Below are positions 27,308-36,315 of a DNA stretch of 64,000 bases, one piece after another (position 1 is the stretch's first letter; each line of letters starts with the position of its first letter). The position numbers were made by a program, and so were the translations under genes. The DNA lies in contig CAUHHB010000001.1 of the NCBI GenBank assembly GCA_959606035.1, positions 343,886-407,885 of the forward strand, in the 5' to 3' direction. The notes under the pieces were generated by a model. The model saw only the letters and a program-made list of their open reading frames with translations. It was not told the DNA's origin and searched no databases. The DNA comes from an uncultured Collinsella sp. (GTDB taxonomy: Bacteria; Actinomycetota; Coriobacteriia; Coriobacteriales; Coriobacteriaceae).

Positions 27308-27973
27308 ATGAGCACCAGGGACTTTTTTAAGAACTCCGTCTTGGAGGCGTTTGGCCAGGTCGACCCTGCCAAGATCGGCCTGTCGCTGCTCGTGGCGCTC
27401 GCCATGGGCATCCTGATCTATTACGTGTACAAGCGCTTTTTTACCGGCGTGGTGTATTCGCGCAGCTTTGCCGTGACGCTCGTGGGCATGTGCGTGCTCA
27501 CCTGCATGGTCACGCTCGCGATCTCGACCAACGTGGTCATCTCGCTCGGTATGGTCGGTGCTCTGTCCATCGTCCGCTATCGTACGGCGGTCAAGGACCC
27601 GCTCGACCTGCTGTATCTGTTTTGGTCCATTACCACGGGCATTACGGCGGGAGCCGGTATGTATGCGCTCGTGGGGCTTACTGCCGTGGTAATTGTGGTG
27701 ATGATCGCGGGGTTCGCTTCGCACCAGGACAAGGCGCGCGTGTACATGATGGTGATCCATTATACGGGCCAGACCACGGGCGACGATATCGTGCGCGCCT
27801 TTGGTCGCACCAAGTTCACGTTGAAGTCCAAGACCATGCGCGGTGACAAGGTGGAGATGGCCGTCGAGGTGTTCTCGGACGGCGTTGACATGCCCTACGC
27901 CGATGCGATTCGCGCGCTCGACGGCGTTGAGGACCTGACGCTCATCCAGTACAACGGCGAATATCACGGCTAG
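27308..27973 (+). CDS. DUF4956-family membrane protein
   Basis: Four TM helices. Conserved ...MVGALSIVRYRTAVKDPLDLLYLFWSITTGITAGAGMY. Known genomic partner of CotH and VTC-domain genes. Confidence 0.65.
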   Translation: MSTRDFFKNSVLEAFGQVDPAKIGLSLLVALAMGILIYYVYKRFFTGVVYSRSFAVTLVGMCVLTCMVTLAISTNVVISLGMVGALSIVRYRTAVKDPLDLLYLFWSITTGITAGAGMYALVGLTAVVIVVMIAGFASHQDKARVYMMVIHYTGQTTGDDIVRAFGRTKFTLKSKTMRGDKVEMAVEVFSDGVDMPYADAIRALDGVEDLTLIQYNGEYHG

Positions 27974-28006
27974 TTTGGTTCAGTTTTATTTAAGGGGCGG
28001 TGTCGC

Positions 28007-28999
28007 TTGGACGTGCAGCAGCTTGAAGAGACCTGGGCCGTGAGGGCCGGCGCACGTGAAACGTGTCTTGTTGCGGCCTCGCATGTGCCGGCGGCGCTGT
28101 CGATGCTGGGGATTGTGCAGCCCGGCGATCGCTTGGTGGCCTTTGCGGACGACTTTGCCGATGCATTTGCCTGCGGCTTTGATGGCTGCGATGTTGCGCT
28201 GGTGGGGGAGCCCGCGGCTGCGGCGTTTGCTGCTGCGTCCGAAGGCTTTGATGCTTCGTTTGATGCCGAGGGGCCGCACCTGTGGTGGTTCGTCAACTCC
28301 ATCGGCGGGTTTGGTCTGCGTGTGCCCGACCTTCGCGCTCTGGGCCGCGCCGCTCGTGAGCCGCATGCGCTGCTCGTGGTGGATAACACCGTGGCGGGCG
28401 TCTTTGGCTGTGATCCGTTACGCTTGGGCGCCGTTCTGTCGCTCGAGGCGCTCGATCGCGTGTGTGCCGGCGTGGCGCCGCGCAAGCTCGTCGCCGCTTC
28501 GGTGGCGCGCTCGCGGCTTAAGCGGCATCGCGTGGATGCCGCCGCCGAGTGTGCGTATGCGCTTCTTGCGGATTGCGGTGCGTCTGCACTCGACCTTTCT
28601 GTTAATGAGGCTTGCATGCTGGAGCGAGGGCTGTCTTCGCTCGACGCTCGCATGCAGGCCCACTTCGACCGCGCCCGTGCGCTGGCCGAGTATCTGGCCG
28701 CCAACGAGATGGTACGCAACGTGCGCTATCCCGGGCTGACCTCGCATCCCGACCATGCCATCGCGACCGGCATCCTGGAGCACGGTTTTGGCCCGGCAGT
28801 AGAGTTTGACCTTATCGAGCGAAGTGCGGGTGAGCTGTTCGACACATTGCCGGGGGAGTTTCGCACATCACCCGCCGGCGGCTCAACAACGCGCCTTTCG
28901 GCCCCGCGCGGTAAGCGGGGGAGCGCCATCCGCCTCTTCGCCGGCACCGACGACCCTCTGCAGGTGGCTGCCACTCTCGATAACGCCCTTCGCAAGTAG
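28007..28999 (+). CDS. divergent Cys/Met-metabolism PLP-dependent enzyme family homolog lacking the PLP-binding lysine (possible pseudoenzyme or decaying gene)
   Basis: HALLVVDNTVAGVFGCDPLRLGAVLSLEALDRV aligns to the xxVVDNTFATPxxxxPLxxGADIVxHSATKYL block, but the SATK lysine is replaced (SLEAL). VRYPGLTSHPDHAIATGILEHGFGPAVEFDL matches the VxYPGLxSHPxHxLA...GgxxSF block. Extremely Ala-rich and high GC. Confidence 0.45.
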   Translation: MDVQQLEETWAVRAGARETCLVAASHVPAALSMLGIVQPGDRLVAFADDFADAFACGFDGCDVALVGEPAAAAFAAASEGFDASFDAEGPHLWWFVNSIGGFGLRVPDLRALGRAAREPHALLVVDNTVAGVFGCDPLRLGAVLSLEALDRVCAGVAPRKLVAASVARSRLKRHRVDAAAECAYALLADCGASALDLSVNEACMLERGLSSLDARMQAHFDRARALAEYLAANEMVRNVRYPGLTSHPDHAIATGILEHGFGPAVEFDLIERSAGELFDTLPGEFRTSPAGGSTTRLSAPRGKRGSAIRLFAGTDDPLQVAATLDNALRK

Positions 29000-29015
29000 C
29001 TAATCGGGGTCTGTG

Positions 29016-29180
29016 TCACGAAAACGGCCTATTTACTACGTTTAAGCAATAGGGGTCGACCACACCCGCCTATTTTGAAAATTAGCAAGCTGTTTACCAG
29101 CGGTTTTGTTTTCATGAAATCTGGTGTGGTCGAGGGTGTCCAACTAAACGTAGTAGATGGGCCCGTTTTGTGGCGCGAGC
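29016..29180. repeat. large imperfect palindrome (nested inverted repeats, ~60-bp arms) in a convergent intergenic region
   Basis: cacgaaaacggcctatttactacgtttaag...ggtcgaccacaccc is mirrored by gggtgtccaactaaacgtagtagatgggcccgttttgtg...ctggtgtggtcgagg. Confidence 0.6.
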
Positions 29181-29222
29181 CTCAACCCGAGGGCGCTGTG
29201 GGCTAAAAACCGCCCAAAAGGA

Positions 29223-29579
29223 CTACTCCGCGTTGATGTTGGCGATGAGGGCGTCGGCCTTGGCAGCGATGACGTTGTTGATATCGGCCTGCAGCTCCTC
29301 GTAGACCGCTATGGCTCGCTCGCCGGCGGGGGTGAGGGTGGATCCGCGGGCGCCGTCGCGCTCGATGAGCTTGCAGCCCAGCTGTCCTTCGGCCTCGTTT
29401 ACAATGCGCCAGGCCTTGGAATACGCCATGCCCATGCTCTTGGCGGCTCGGTTGAGCGAGTGCTCGCGGGCGATACCCTGCAGCAGCAAGACGCAGCCGT
29501 GGCCGAAGACGCCCGGCAAATCCTTGTCGCACGCTTGAATGACCAACTTTGCCGTCGTCTTGTACTCCATGTGCTCCAC
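29223..29579 (-). CDS. ModE N-terminal-like winged-helix DNA-binding protein (LysR-type wHTH only)
   Basis: LLQGIAREHSLNRAAKSMGMAYSKAWRIVNEAEGQLGCKLIERDGARGSTLTPAGERAI matches the ModE/LysR HTH pattern. 118 aa. Confidence 0.7.
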   Translation of the reverse strand: MEHMEYKTTAKLVIQACDKDLPGVFGHGCVLLLQGIAREHSLNRAAKSMGMAYSKAWRIVNEAEGQLGCKLIERDGARGSTLTPAGERAIAVYEELQADINNVIAAKADALIANINAE

Positions 29580-29763
29580 GTCTCCCCGCTAAAGTGTTTG
29601 CTGGGCAAACGCAAAGCCTGCGTCAAACCCTCGTGTGCTCTTCTTAAATCATGCATTGTAGCAGTCAAAGTGCGTTAAGATACTTCCCCAGTATTGGGTG
29701 CCCAAGGTTGGGCTGGGTCCTACGAGGCCTGCAGCCGACCGGTCGCATGGAAAAAGGAGAAAC

Positions 29764-31275
29764 ATGGCTACGTTCTTTCCCGGTGAGTCCCACACGTTTT
29801 CGGAGTATCTGCTGGTCCCTGGTTACTCGTCCTCGCAGTGCATCCCCAACAACGTCTCTCTTAAGACGCCGCTAACCCGCTTTAAGCGCGGTGAGAAGCC
29901 GGCAATCACCCTGAACATCCCCATGGTTTCCGCCATCATGCAGTCCGTCTCGGGCGTCGATATGGGTGTCGCGCTCGCTACCGAGGGTGGCCTGTCCTTC
30001 ATTTACGGTTCTCAGAGTGCCGAGTCCGAGGCCGCTATGGTCAAGGCCGTCAAGGATCACAAGGCCGGCTTCGTTCAGTCCGATTCCACGCTGACCCCCG
30101 ACATGACCATGGAGCAGGTCATCGAGCTCAAGGAGAAGACCGGTCACTCCACCATGCCGGTCACCGACGACGGCACTCCCAAGGGTAAGCTCCTGGGCAT
30201 CGTCACCAGCCGTGACTATCGCCCCAGTCGCGATGACCACCAGACGAAGGTCTCCGAGTTCATGACCCCGCGTGAGCAGCTCATCGTGGGTGACAAGAAC
30301 ATCAGCCTCAAGGTTGCCAACGACGTCATCTGGGACAACAAGCTCAACGCCCTGCCCATCGTTGACGACAACGATCACCTCATGGGCATTGTCTTCCGCA
30401 AGGACTACGACAGCCACAAGACCAACCCCAACGAGCTGCTCGATAACGACAAGCGCTACATGGTTGGTGCCGGTATCAACACCCGCGACTATGCCGAGCG
30501 CGTGCCGCTGCTCATCGAGGCCGGTGCCGATGTCCTGTGCATCGACTCTTCCGAGGGCTTCAGCGAGTGGCAGAAGCGCACCATCGAGTGGATCCGTGCC
30601 AACTACGGCGAGGACGTCAAGGTCGGTGCCGGCAACGTCGTCGACGCCGAGGGCTTCCGCTTCCTTGCCGACTGCGGTGCCGACTTCATCAAGGTCGGTA
30701 TCGGCGGCGGCTCCATCTGCATCACCCGTGAGACCAAGGGCATCGGCCGTGGCCAGGCTACCGCGCTGATCGACGTCTGCCGCGCTCGCGACGAGTACTA
30801 CGAGGAGACCGGTGTCTACGTGCCCGTGTGCTCCGACGGCGGTATCGTCTACGACTACCACATGACGCTCGCCCTGGCCATGGGTGCCGACTTTATGATG
30901 CTGGGCCGCTACTTCGCTCGCTTTGACGAGAGCCCGACCGAGCGCGTCAACGTCAACGGCCAGTACATGAAGGAGTACTGGGGCGAGGGTTCTGCGCGTG
31001 CCCGCAACTGGCAGCGCTACGACCTGGGCGGCGCTGCGAAGCTCAGCTTCGTCGAGGGCGTCGACTCCTACGTTCCCTACGCCGGCTCCCTCAAGGACGG
31101 CGTGGGCGGCACGCTCTACAAGGTCAAGTCCACGATGTGCAACTGCGGCGCTCTCTCGATCCCCGAGCTCCAGGAAAAGGCACGCCTGACCCTGGTCAGC
31201 TCCACCTCCATCGTCGAAGGCGGCGCTCACGACGTAGTCGTGAAGGACTCCCAGCAAAGCGTCAGCTACCGCTAA
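29764..31275 (+). CDS. guaB: IMP dehydrogenase family protein
   Basis: [30 protein letters not shown], a CBS-pair region, and the catalytic loop [29 protein letters not shown]. Start taken at MATFFPG rather than the longer ORF-track start. Confidence 0.8.
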   Translation: MATFFPGESHTFSEYLLVPGYSSSQCIPNNVSLKTPLTRFKRGEKPAITLNIPMVSAIMQSVSGVDMGVALATEGGLSFIYGSQSAESEAAMVKAVKDHKAGFVQSDSTLTPDMTMEQVIELKEKTGHSTMPVTDDGTPKGKLLGIVTSRDYRPSRDDHQTKVSEFMTPREQLIVGDKNISLKVANDVIWDNKLNALPIVDDNDHLMGIVFRKDYDSHKTNPNELLDNDKRYMVGAGINTRDYAERVPLLIEAGADVLCIDSSEGFSEWQKRTIEWIRANYGEDVKVGAGNVVDAEGFRFLADCGADFIKVGIGGGSICITRETKGIGRGQATALIDVCRARDEYYEETGVYVPVCSDGGIVYDYHMTLALAMGADFMMLGRYFARFDESPTERVNVNGQYMKEYWGEGSARARNWQRYDLGGAAKLSFVEGVDSYVPYAGSLKDGVGGTLYKVKSTMCNCGALSIPELQEKARLTLVSSTSIVEGGAHDVVVKDSQQSVSYR

Positions 31276-31436
31276 GCGGCTTTCCCAAGCACCGCACCTT
31301 GCCGTTCAAACCATCGCTCGCGTACCAAAGTACGCGGCGCTCCTCTTTCACGGCAATCTGCGGCACCTGGTAAACCCGATCATGCTTGGGCGGGTAACAA
31401 TTAGCGGTTGATTCACAACCACGTTATTTAGATAAA

Positions 31437-31479
31437 GCGAGATGCCTGCAAGTCGCAGGCATCTCGCTTGTCGTATTTG
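31437..31479 (+). terminator. rho-independent terminator after guaB-like gene
   Basis: gcgagatgcctgc-aagtc-gcaggcatctcgc perfect 13-bp stem followed by ttgtcgtatttg. Confidence 0.7.
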
Positions 31480-31503
31480 CTATCATCAGTCAAGTTAACC
31501 TTA

Positions 31504-31623
31504 GGGTCGGTCGGCTTAGCTTTGTTTGCTATAAGTTCCGCACGCAAAGAAGAGCACTTAATGTGCTCTTCGTCTTGCGCAGGACTGTCCGCAGTAGCGA
31601 ATAAAGCTAAGCCGACCGACCCC
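31504..31623 (+). promoter_or_regulatory. structured leader upstream of leuS: 20-bp long-range inverted repeat enclosing an inner hairpin
   Basis: gggtcggtcggcttagcttt ... aaagctaagccgaccgaccc (perfect complement) enclose aagaagagcac-ttaat-gtgctcttcgtctt. No T-box consensus seen. Confidence 0.4.
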
Positions 31624-31645
31624 AGCTAAGATTAAAGGAGCTGAT

Positions 31646-34222
31646 ATGTGCGATTGCACAGATCATAAGGACGAGATTCCTGTCTACGACGCGCAGGCCA
31701 TTGAGTCCCGGTGGATGAAGGCCTGGGAGGACTCCAACCTCTTTGCCGTCGACACCGACGACAGCAAGCCCAAGAAGTACGTGCTCGAGATGTTCCCGTA
31801 TCCGTCGGGCGACCTGCACATGGGCCACGCGCGCAACTATACCATCGGCGATGCCATGGCCCGTCAGGCCCGCATGCGCGGCTATGACGTGCTGCACCCC
31901 ATCGGCTTTGATGCCTTTGGCCTGCCCGCCGAGAACGCCGCTATTAAGCACAACACGCAGGCTGCCGCCTGGACGTATAAGAACATGGACCAGGCGCTCG
32001 CCACGATGAAGCGCATGGGTTTCTCCTATGATCTGGATCGCATGGTCAAGACCTGCAGCCCCGACTACTACCGCTGGGGCCAGTGGATCTTTGAGAAGAT
32101 GTGGGAAAAGGGCCTGGTCTATCGCAAGAAGAACCCGGTCAACTGGTGCCCCACCTGCAAGACCGTTCTGGCCAACGAGCAGGTCACCGAGGGCAAGTGC
32201 TGGCGCTGCGGCACCGAGCCCGAGAAGCGCGACCTTGAGCAGTGGTACTACAAGATCACCGAGTACTCTCAGGAGCTGCTCGACGATCTGGAGAAGCTCC
32301 CCGGCTGGCCCGAGCGCGTCAAGCAGATGCAGGCTAACTGGATCGGTCGCTCCGAGGGCGCCGAGGTCGACTTTACCCTGTGCGACCAGGATGGCGAGCC
32401 CATCGAGGGCGATGAGGGCAAGATCACCGTCTTCACCACGCGTGCCGATACCCTTTTTGGCGTCTCCTTCTTTGTCCTGGCTCCCGAGTACGCCGGCCTG
32501 CACGAGCTCGTCGAGGGTACGGAGTACGAGGAGGCCGTCACCAAGATCGTCGAGGACTCCAAGCATATCTCTGCCGTCGAGCGTGCCCAAGGCACCCTCG
32601 AGAAGCACGGTGCCTTCACGGGCCGCTATGTGGTAAACCCCGTCAACGGCGAGAAGGTCCCCGTGTGGGTTGCCGATTATGTCGTTGCCGACTACGGTAC
32701 CGGTGCCGTCATGGCCGTTCCCTGTGGCGACCAGCGCGACTTTGAGTTTGCCCGTAAGTACGACCTGCCGATCGTGCCGATCATCCTGGACGATGAGGAT
32801 CGCGCTGCCGTCGAGGCCAGCGGCGAGACCATCGATACCTTCCATGCCGAGACCGTCGACTGGGATTGCGCCCACGCTGCCGAGGGCACGCTCGTCCAGT
32901 CCGGCAAGTACACCGGAATGCGCGGCGGCAAGCACTCCGAGGGCGAGGCCGCGATCGTGGCCGACCTCGAGGCCATGGGCTGTGGTCGTCGCAAGGTCGA
33001 GTTCCGTCTGCGCGACTGGCTCATTTCCCGTCAGCGCTATTGGGGCAACCCCATCCCGGCCATCCACTGCGAGCACTGCGGCATCGTGCCCGTGCCCGAG
33101 GATCAGCTGCCGGTGACGCTGCCCGAGAACCTGGACCTGGGCGCTGGCGAAACCCTTGCCGAGTGCAAGGAGTTCTACGAGACCACCTGCCCGGTCTGCG
33201 GCCGCCCGGCCAAGCGCGAGACCGATACCATGGACACCTTTACCTGCTCCAGCTGGTATTACCTGCGCTATACCGATCCGCACAACACTGAGCTGCCCTT
33301 CTCCCGTGAGGCTGCCGACCGTTGGATGCCCGTCGATAACTACATCGGCGGCATCGAGCACGCTATTTTGCACCTGCTCTACAGCCGCTTCTTTACCAAG
33401 GCACTGCGCGACCTGGGCCTGCTGAGCGTGGACGAGCCCTTCACCAACCTGCTGTGCCAGGGCATGGTCAAGGACGAGAACGGCGACACCATGTCCAAGT
33501 CCAAGGGCAACGTCGTGCCCCCGAGCTCGGTCATCGAGCCTTACGGTGCCGACACCATGCGTCTGGCGATCCTGTTTATCGCCCCGCCCGAGAAGGACTT
33601 CGACTGGGATCCCAAGGCCGTCGAGGGCGCTAACCGCTTTATCAAGCGCGCCTGGCGTATCGTTTGGCAGCTCGTCCAGTCCGGCGATGCCAACGTGGCC
33701 TTCGACAAGTCCGCGCTCGATGAGGTTGCGATGAAGCTCTATCGCGAGCGTCACCGCACCATCGCCAAGTGCACCGAGGACTTCGATCGCGGCCAGTTCA
33801 ACACCGCCATCTCGGCCGTCATGGAGCTCGTCAACGCGGCGAGCGCCTACCTCAACGCCACCGAGGGTACCGCCCGCGACAAGGCGCTGTGCTACGGCGT
33901 GGCCAAGGACATCGTGAGCGTCCTTGCCCCCATCTGCCCGTTCTGGGCCGACGAGCTGTGGCACGAGGCGCTCGGCTGCGAGGGCAACGCCTATACCGCT
34001 GCCTGGCCCGAGTTCGACCTGGCCGAGTCCATCGAGGACACGGTGCAGATCGTGGTCCAGGTGCTCGGCAAGGTCCGCGGCCGCGTCGACGTTGCCCGCG
34101 ATGCCTCCAATGAGGATATGCAGGCTGCCGCCGAGGCCGCCGTCGCCAAGTGGCTCGAGGGCAAGACAGTCGTCAAGGCCATCTGCGTGCCCGGCAAGCT
34201 GGTCAACCTGGTGGTCAAGTAA
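31646..34222 (+). CDS. leuS: leucine--tRNA ligase
   Basis: [37 protein letters not shown] (HIGH region), KMSKS-type [15 protein letters not shown], 858 aa. Confidence 0.95.
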   Translation: MCDCTDHKDEIPVYDAQAIESRWMKAWEDSNLFAVDTDDSKPKKYVLEMFPYPSGDLHMGHARNYTIGDAMARQARMRGYDVLHPIGFDAFGLPAENAAIKHNTQAAAWTYKNMDQALATMKRMGFSYDLDRMVKTCSPDYYRWGQWIFEKMWEKGLVYRKKNPVNWCPTCKTVLANEQVTEGKCWRCGTEPEKRDLEQWYYKITEYSQELLDDLEKLPGWPERVKQMQANWIGRSEGAEVDFTLCDQDGEPIEGDEGKITVFTTRADTLFGVSFFVLAPEYAGLHELVEGTEYEEAVTKIVEDSKHISAVERAQGTLEKHGAFTGRYVVNPVNGEKVPVWVADYVVADYGTGAVMAVPCGDQRDFEFARKYDLPIVPIILDDEDRAAVEASGETIDTFHAETVDWDCAHAAEGTLVQSGKYTGMRGGKHSEGEAAIVADLEAMGCGRRKVEFRLRDWLISRQRYWGNPIPAIHCEHCGIVPVPEDQLPVTLPENLDLGAGETLAECKEFYETTCPVCGRPAKRETDTMDTFTCSSWYYLRYTDPHNTELPFSREAADRWMPVDNYIGGIEHAILHLLYSRFFTKALRDLGLLSVDEPFTNLLCQGMVKDENGDTMSKSKGNVVPPSSVIEPYGADTMRLAILFIAPPEKDFDWDPKAVEGANRFIKRAWRIVWQLVQSGDANVAFDKSALDEVAMKLYRERHRTIAKCTEDFDRGQFNTAISAVMELVNAASAYLNATEGTARDKALCYGVAKDIVSVLAPICPFWADELWHEALGCEGNAYTAAWPEFDLAESIEDTVQIVVQVLGKVRGRVDVARDASNEDMQAAAEAAVAKWLEGKTVVKAICVPGKLVNLVVK

Positions 34223-34424
34223 GCACTGCGCGCATAACTGACGCATAAAAGACGAGGGGCGATCCGGTTGGGTCGTCCCTCGTTTTGCATGTATCTGCCT
34301 AGTTGCCTTCGGCCAATTGTCCTATTCTTATGGAGAAGCTGTGCGCACGCTGACCTGCAGGTTCGTACTGTGCTTGCACGTTTCCGCAGCTATTGGTATA
34401 GTTTGCTTGCAAATGAAGTTGTAA

Positions 34425-34462
34425 TTGAAAGAAGTGGGGTTTCGGCCCCGCTTCTTTTTTGT
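34425..34462 (+). terminator. rho-independent terminator between leuS and rimP
   Basis: aagaagtggggtttcggccccgcttcttttttgt: GC stem plus U-tract. Confidence 0.6.
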
Positions 34463-34480
34463 ATGGATGGAGGTGCCGCA

Positions 34481-34975
34481 ATGGTCAAGACCAAGACCGA
34501 GCAGGCGATCATCGACGCGCTCGAGGCCGTCGCTCCCCAGCACGATGTCGACATCGTCGACGTCGAGCTCGTGGGTGCCACCAAGGCCCCCTGCGTGCGC
34601 GTGCGTATCGAGGGTGCCGAGGGTCAGAGCCTGTCGCTCAACGATGTTACGGCCAACACCAAGTGGGTCGGCGATGTGATTGAGGAGCTCGACCCCATCT
34701 CTTCGAGCTATACGCTCGAGGTGTCGAGCCCGGGCATGGCGCGCCCGCTGCGCCGCCCGTGCGACTTTGCCCGCTTTGTGGGCGAGAACTGTGAGCTCAC
34801 CTCCACCGCTACCGAGGGCCGTCGCAAGTACGCCGGCAAGATTGCCGCCGCCACCGAGGCGAACGTGACCCTCGAGCTCGAGGGCGGCGAGTCCGTCACC
34901 CTCGATTTCTCTGATGTTAAAAAGTGCAAGTTGAAGCCCACCTACGACTTCAAGCCCGCGAAGGAAGGAAAGTAA
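34481..34975 (+). CDS. rimP: ribosome maturation factor RimP
   Basis: MVKTKTEQAIIDALEAVAPQHDVDIVDVELVG...LEVSSPGMARPL. GGAGG RBS 7 nt before ATG 34481. Precedes nusA. Confidence 0.85.
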   Translation: MVKTKTEQAIIDALEAVAPQHDVDIVDVELVGATKAPCVRVRIEGAEGQSLSLNDVTANTKWVGDVIEELDPISSSYTLEVSSPGMARPLRRPCDFARFVGENCELTSTATEGRRKYAGKIAAATEANVTLELEGGESVTLDFSDVKKCKLKPTYDFKPAKEGK

Positions 34976-34976
34976 G

Positions 34977-36224
34977 ATGGCAGCATCCGACATGATGTCC
35001 GCCCTGATGGAGCTTTGCCAGGAGAAGCACATCGACCAGCTCTACCTGATCGACCGCCTGGAGCAGTCGCTTGCCAAGAGCTATGCCGAGATCCTGCATC
35101 TTGAGTGGGGCGCCAAGGTGACCATCGACCGCACCACCGGCAAGATCTACGTCTACCGTCTGGAGCCGATTGACGATTCCATGGACGAGGAAGGCAACTT
35201 CACCGAGTTCGAGGAGATCGACGTCACCCCCAAGAACACGAGCCGCATCGCCGCCCAGCACGCCAAGGCCGAGATCAACGCCATCGTGCGCAACTCCGCC
35301 CGCGAGCAGATCTACGAGGAGTTCTCCGGCCGCATCGGTGACCTCATCAGCGGTACCGTGCTGCAGTCCACGCCCGACTTCACGATCGTCAAGATCCGCG
35401 AGGGCGTCGAGGCCGAGCTGCCGCACTTCGATCAGCGCCGTTACGAGAACGAGCGCAACGAGCGTCCGATGGGCGAGCGCTACCTGCATAACCAGCACAT
35501 CAAGGCCGTGATCATCGACGTTCGCGACCCCAACTCCAACCTGCAGCCGGTTCGTGGCGAGCACAGCCGTCCGCCGATTGTCATCTCCCGTACCCACCCC
35601 GAGCTCATGCGTCGTCTGTTTGAGCAGGAGGTGCCCGAGATCTATGAGGGCACCGTCCAGATCAAGTCGATCGCCCGCGAGCCCGGCCAGCGCTCCAAGG
35701 TCGCCGTCCACTCGCTCGACGACCGTCTGGATCCCGTGGGCGCCTGTGTCGGCCCCAAGGGCAGCCGTGTTCGCGCTGTCGTGGGCGAGCTCCGTGGCGA
35801 GCGCGTCGACGTCATCCTTTGGGATGCCGATCCTGCCGTCTACGTCGCCAACGCCCTGTCGCCCGCCAAGGTCACCCGCGTCCTCATCGACGAGGAGAAG
35901 GCCTACGCCGGCGTCATCGTGCCCGACGACCAGCTGTCCCTCGCCATCGGCAAGGAGGGCCAGAACGCCCGCCTCGCCGCGCGCCTGACCGGCTGGCACA
36001 TCGACATCAAGTCCGAGACGCTTGCCGCCGACATCCTCAAGAACGTTCCCGTTCACGAGGAGCCCGCCGCCGACCTGATCGGTGACGAGGAGGACGAGGA
36101 CGTCCGCCGCTGCGAGTACGTGTCCGAGGACGGCATCCAGTGCCGCAACCAGGCTCGTCCCGGCTCCCGTTTCTGCGGTGTCCACGACACCGACGCCTTC
36201 GATGATGCGGAGGACCTGATCTAG
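34977..36224 (+). CDS. nusA: transcription termination/antitermination factor NusA
   Basis: N-terminal domain + S1 + two KH (…[16 protein letters not shown]…), followed by infB. Confidence 0.9.
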   Translation: MAASDMMSALMELCQEKHIDQLYLIDRLEQSLAKSYAEILHLEWGAKVTIDRTTGKIYVYRLEPIDDSMDEEGNFTEFEEIDVTPKNTSRIAAQHAKAEINAIVRNSAREQIYEEFSGRIGDLISGTVLQSTPDFTIVKIREGVEAELPHFDQRRYENERNERPMGERYLHNQHIKAVIIDVRDPNSNLQPVRGEHSRPPIVISRTHPELMRRLFEQEVPEIYEGTVQIKSIAREPGQRSKVAVHSLDDRLDPVGACVGPKGSRVRAVVGELRGERVDVILWDADPAVYVANALSPAKVTRVLIDEEKAYAGVIVPDDQLSLAIGKEGQNARLAARLTGWHIDIKSETLAADILKNVPVHEEPAADLIGDEEDEDVRRCEYVSEDGIQCRNQARPGSRFCGVHDTDAFDDAEDLI

Positions 36225-36315
36225 CGCGCGGTTGCGCCGGGCGGGTCCCGGCGCGTCTCCCACGCTCGTTCAGTCTCTAGGCACTCAAGGTGCCAGAAAG
36301 GGTAGGTGAAGTCAT

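Noticed and set aside
31380-31645. T-box riboswitch upstream of leuS
   Set aside because: No T-box consensus (AGGGUGGNACCGCG) or specifier-loop arrangement found. Reported instead as an unclassified structured leader.
31607-34246. 879-aa minus-strand ORF antisense to leuS
   Set aside because: leuS on the plus strand is unambiguous. The antisense frame is a GC artefact.
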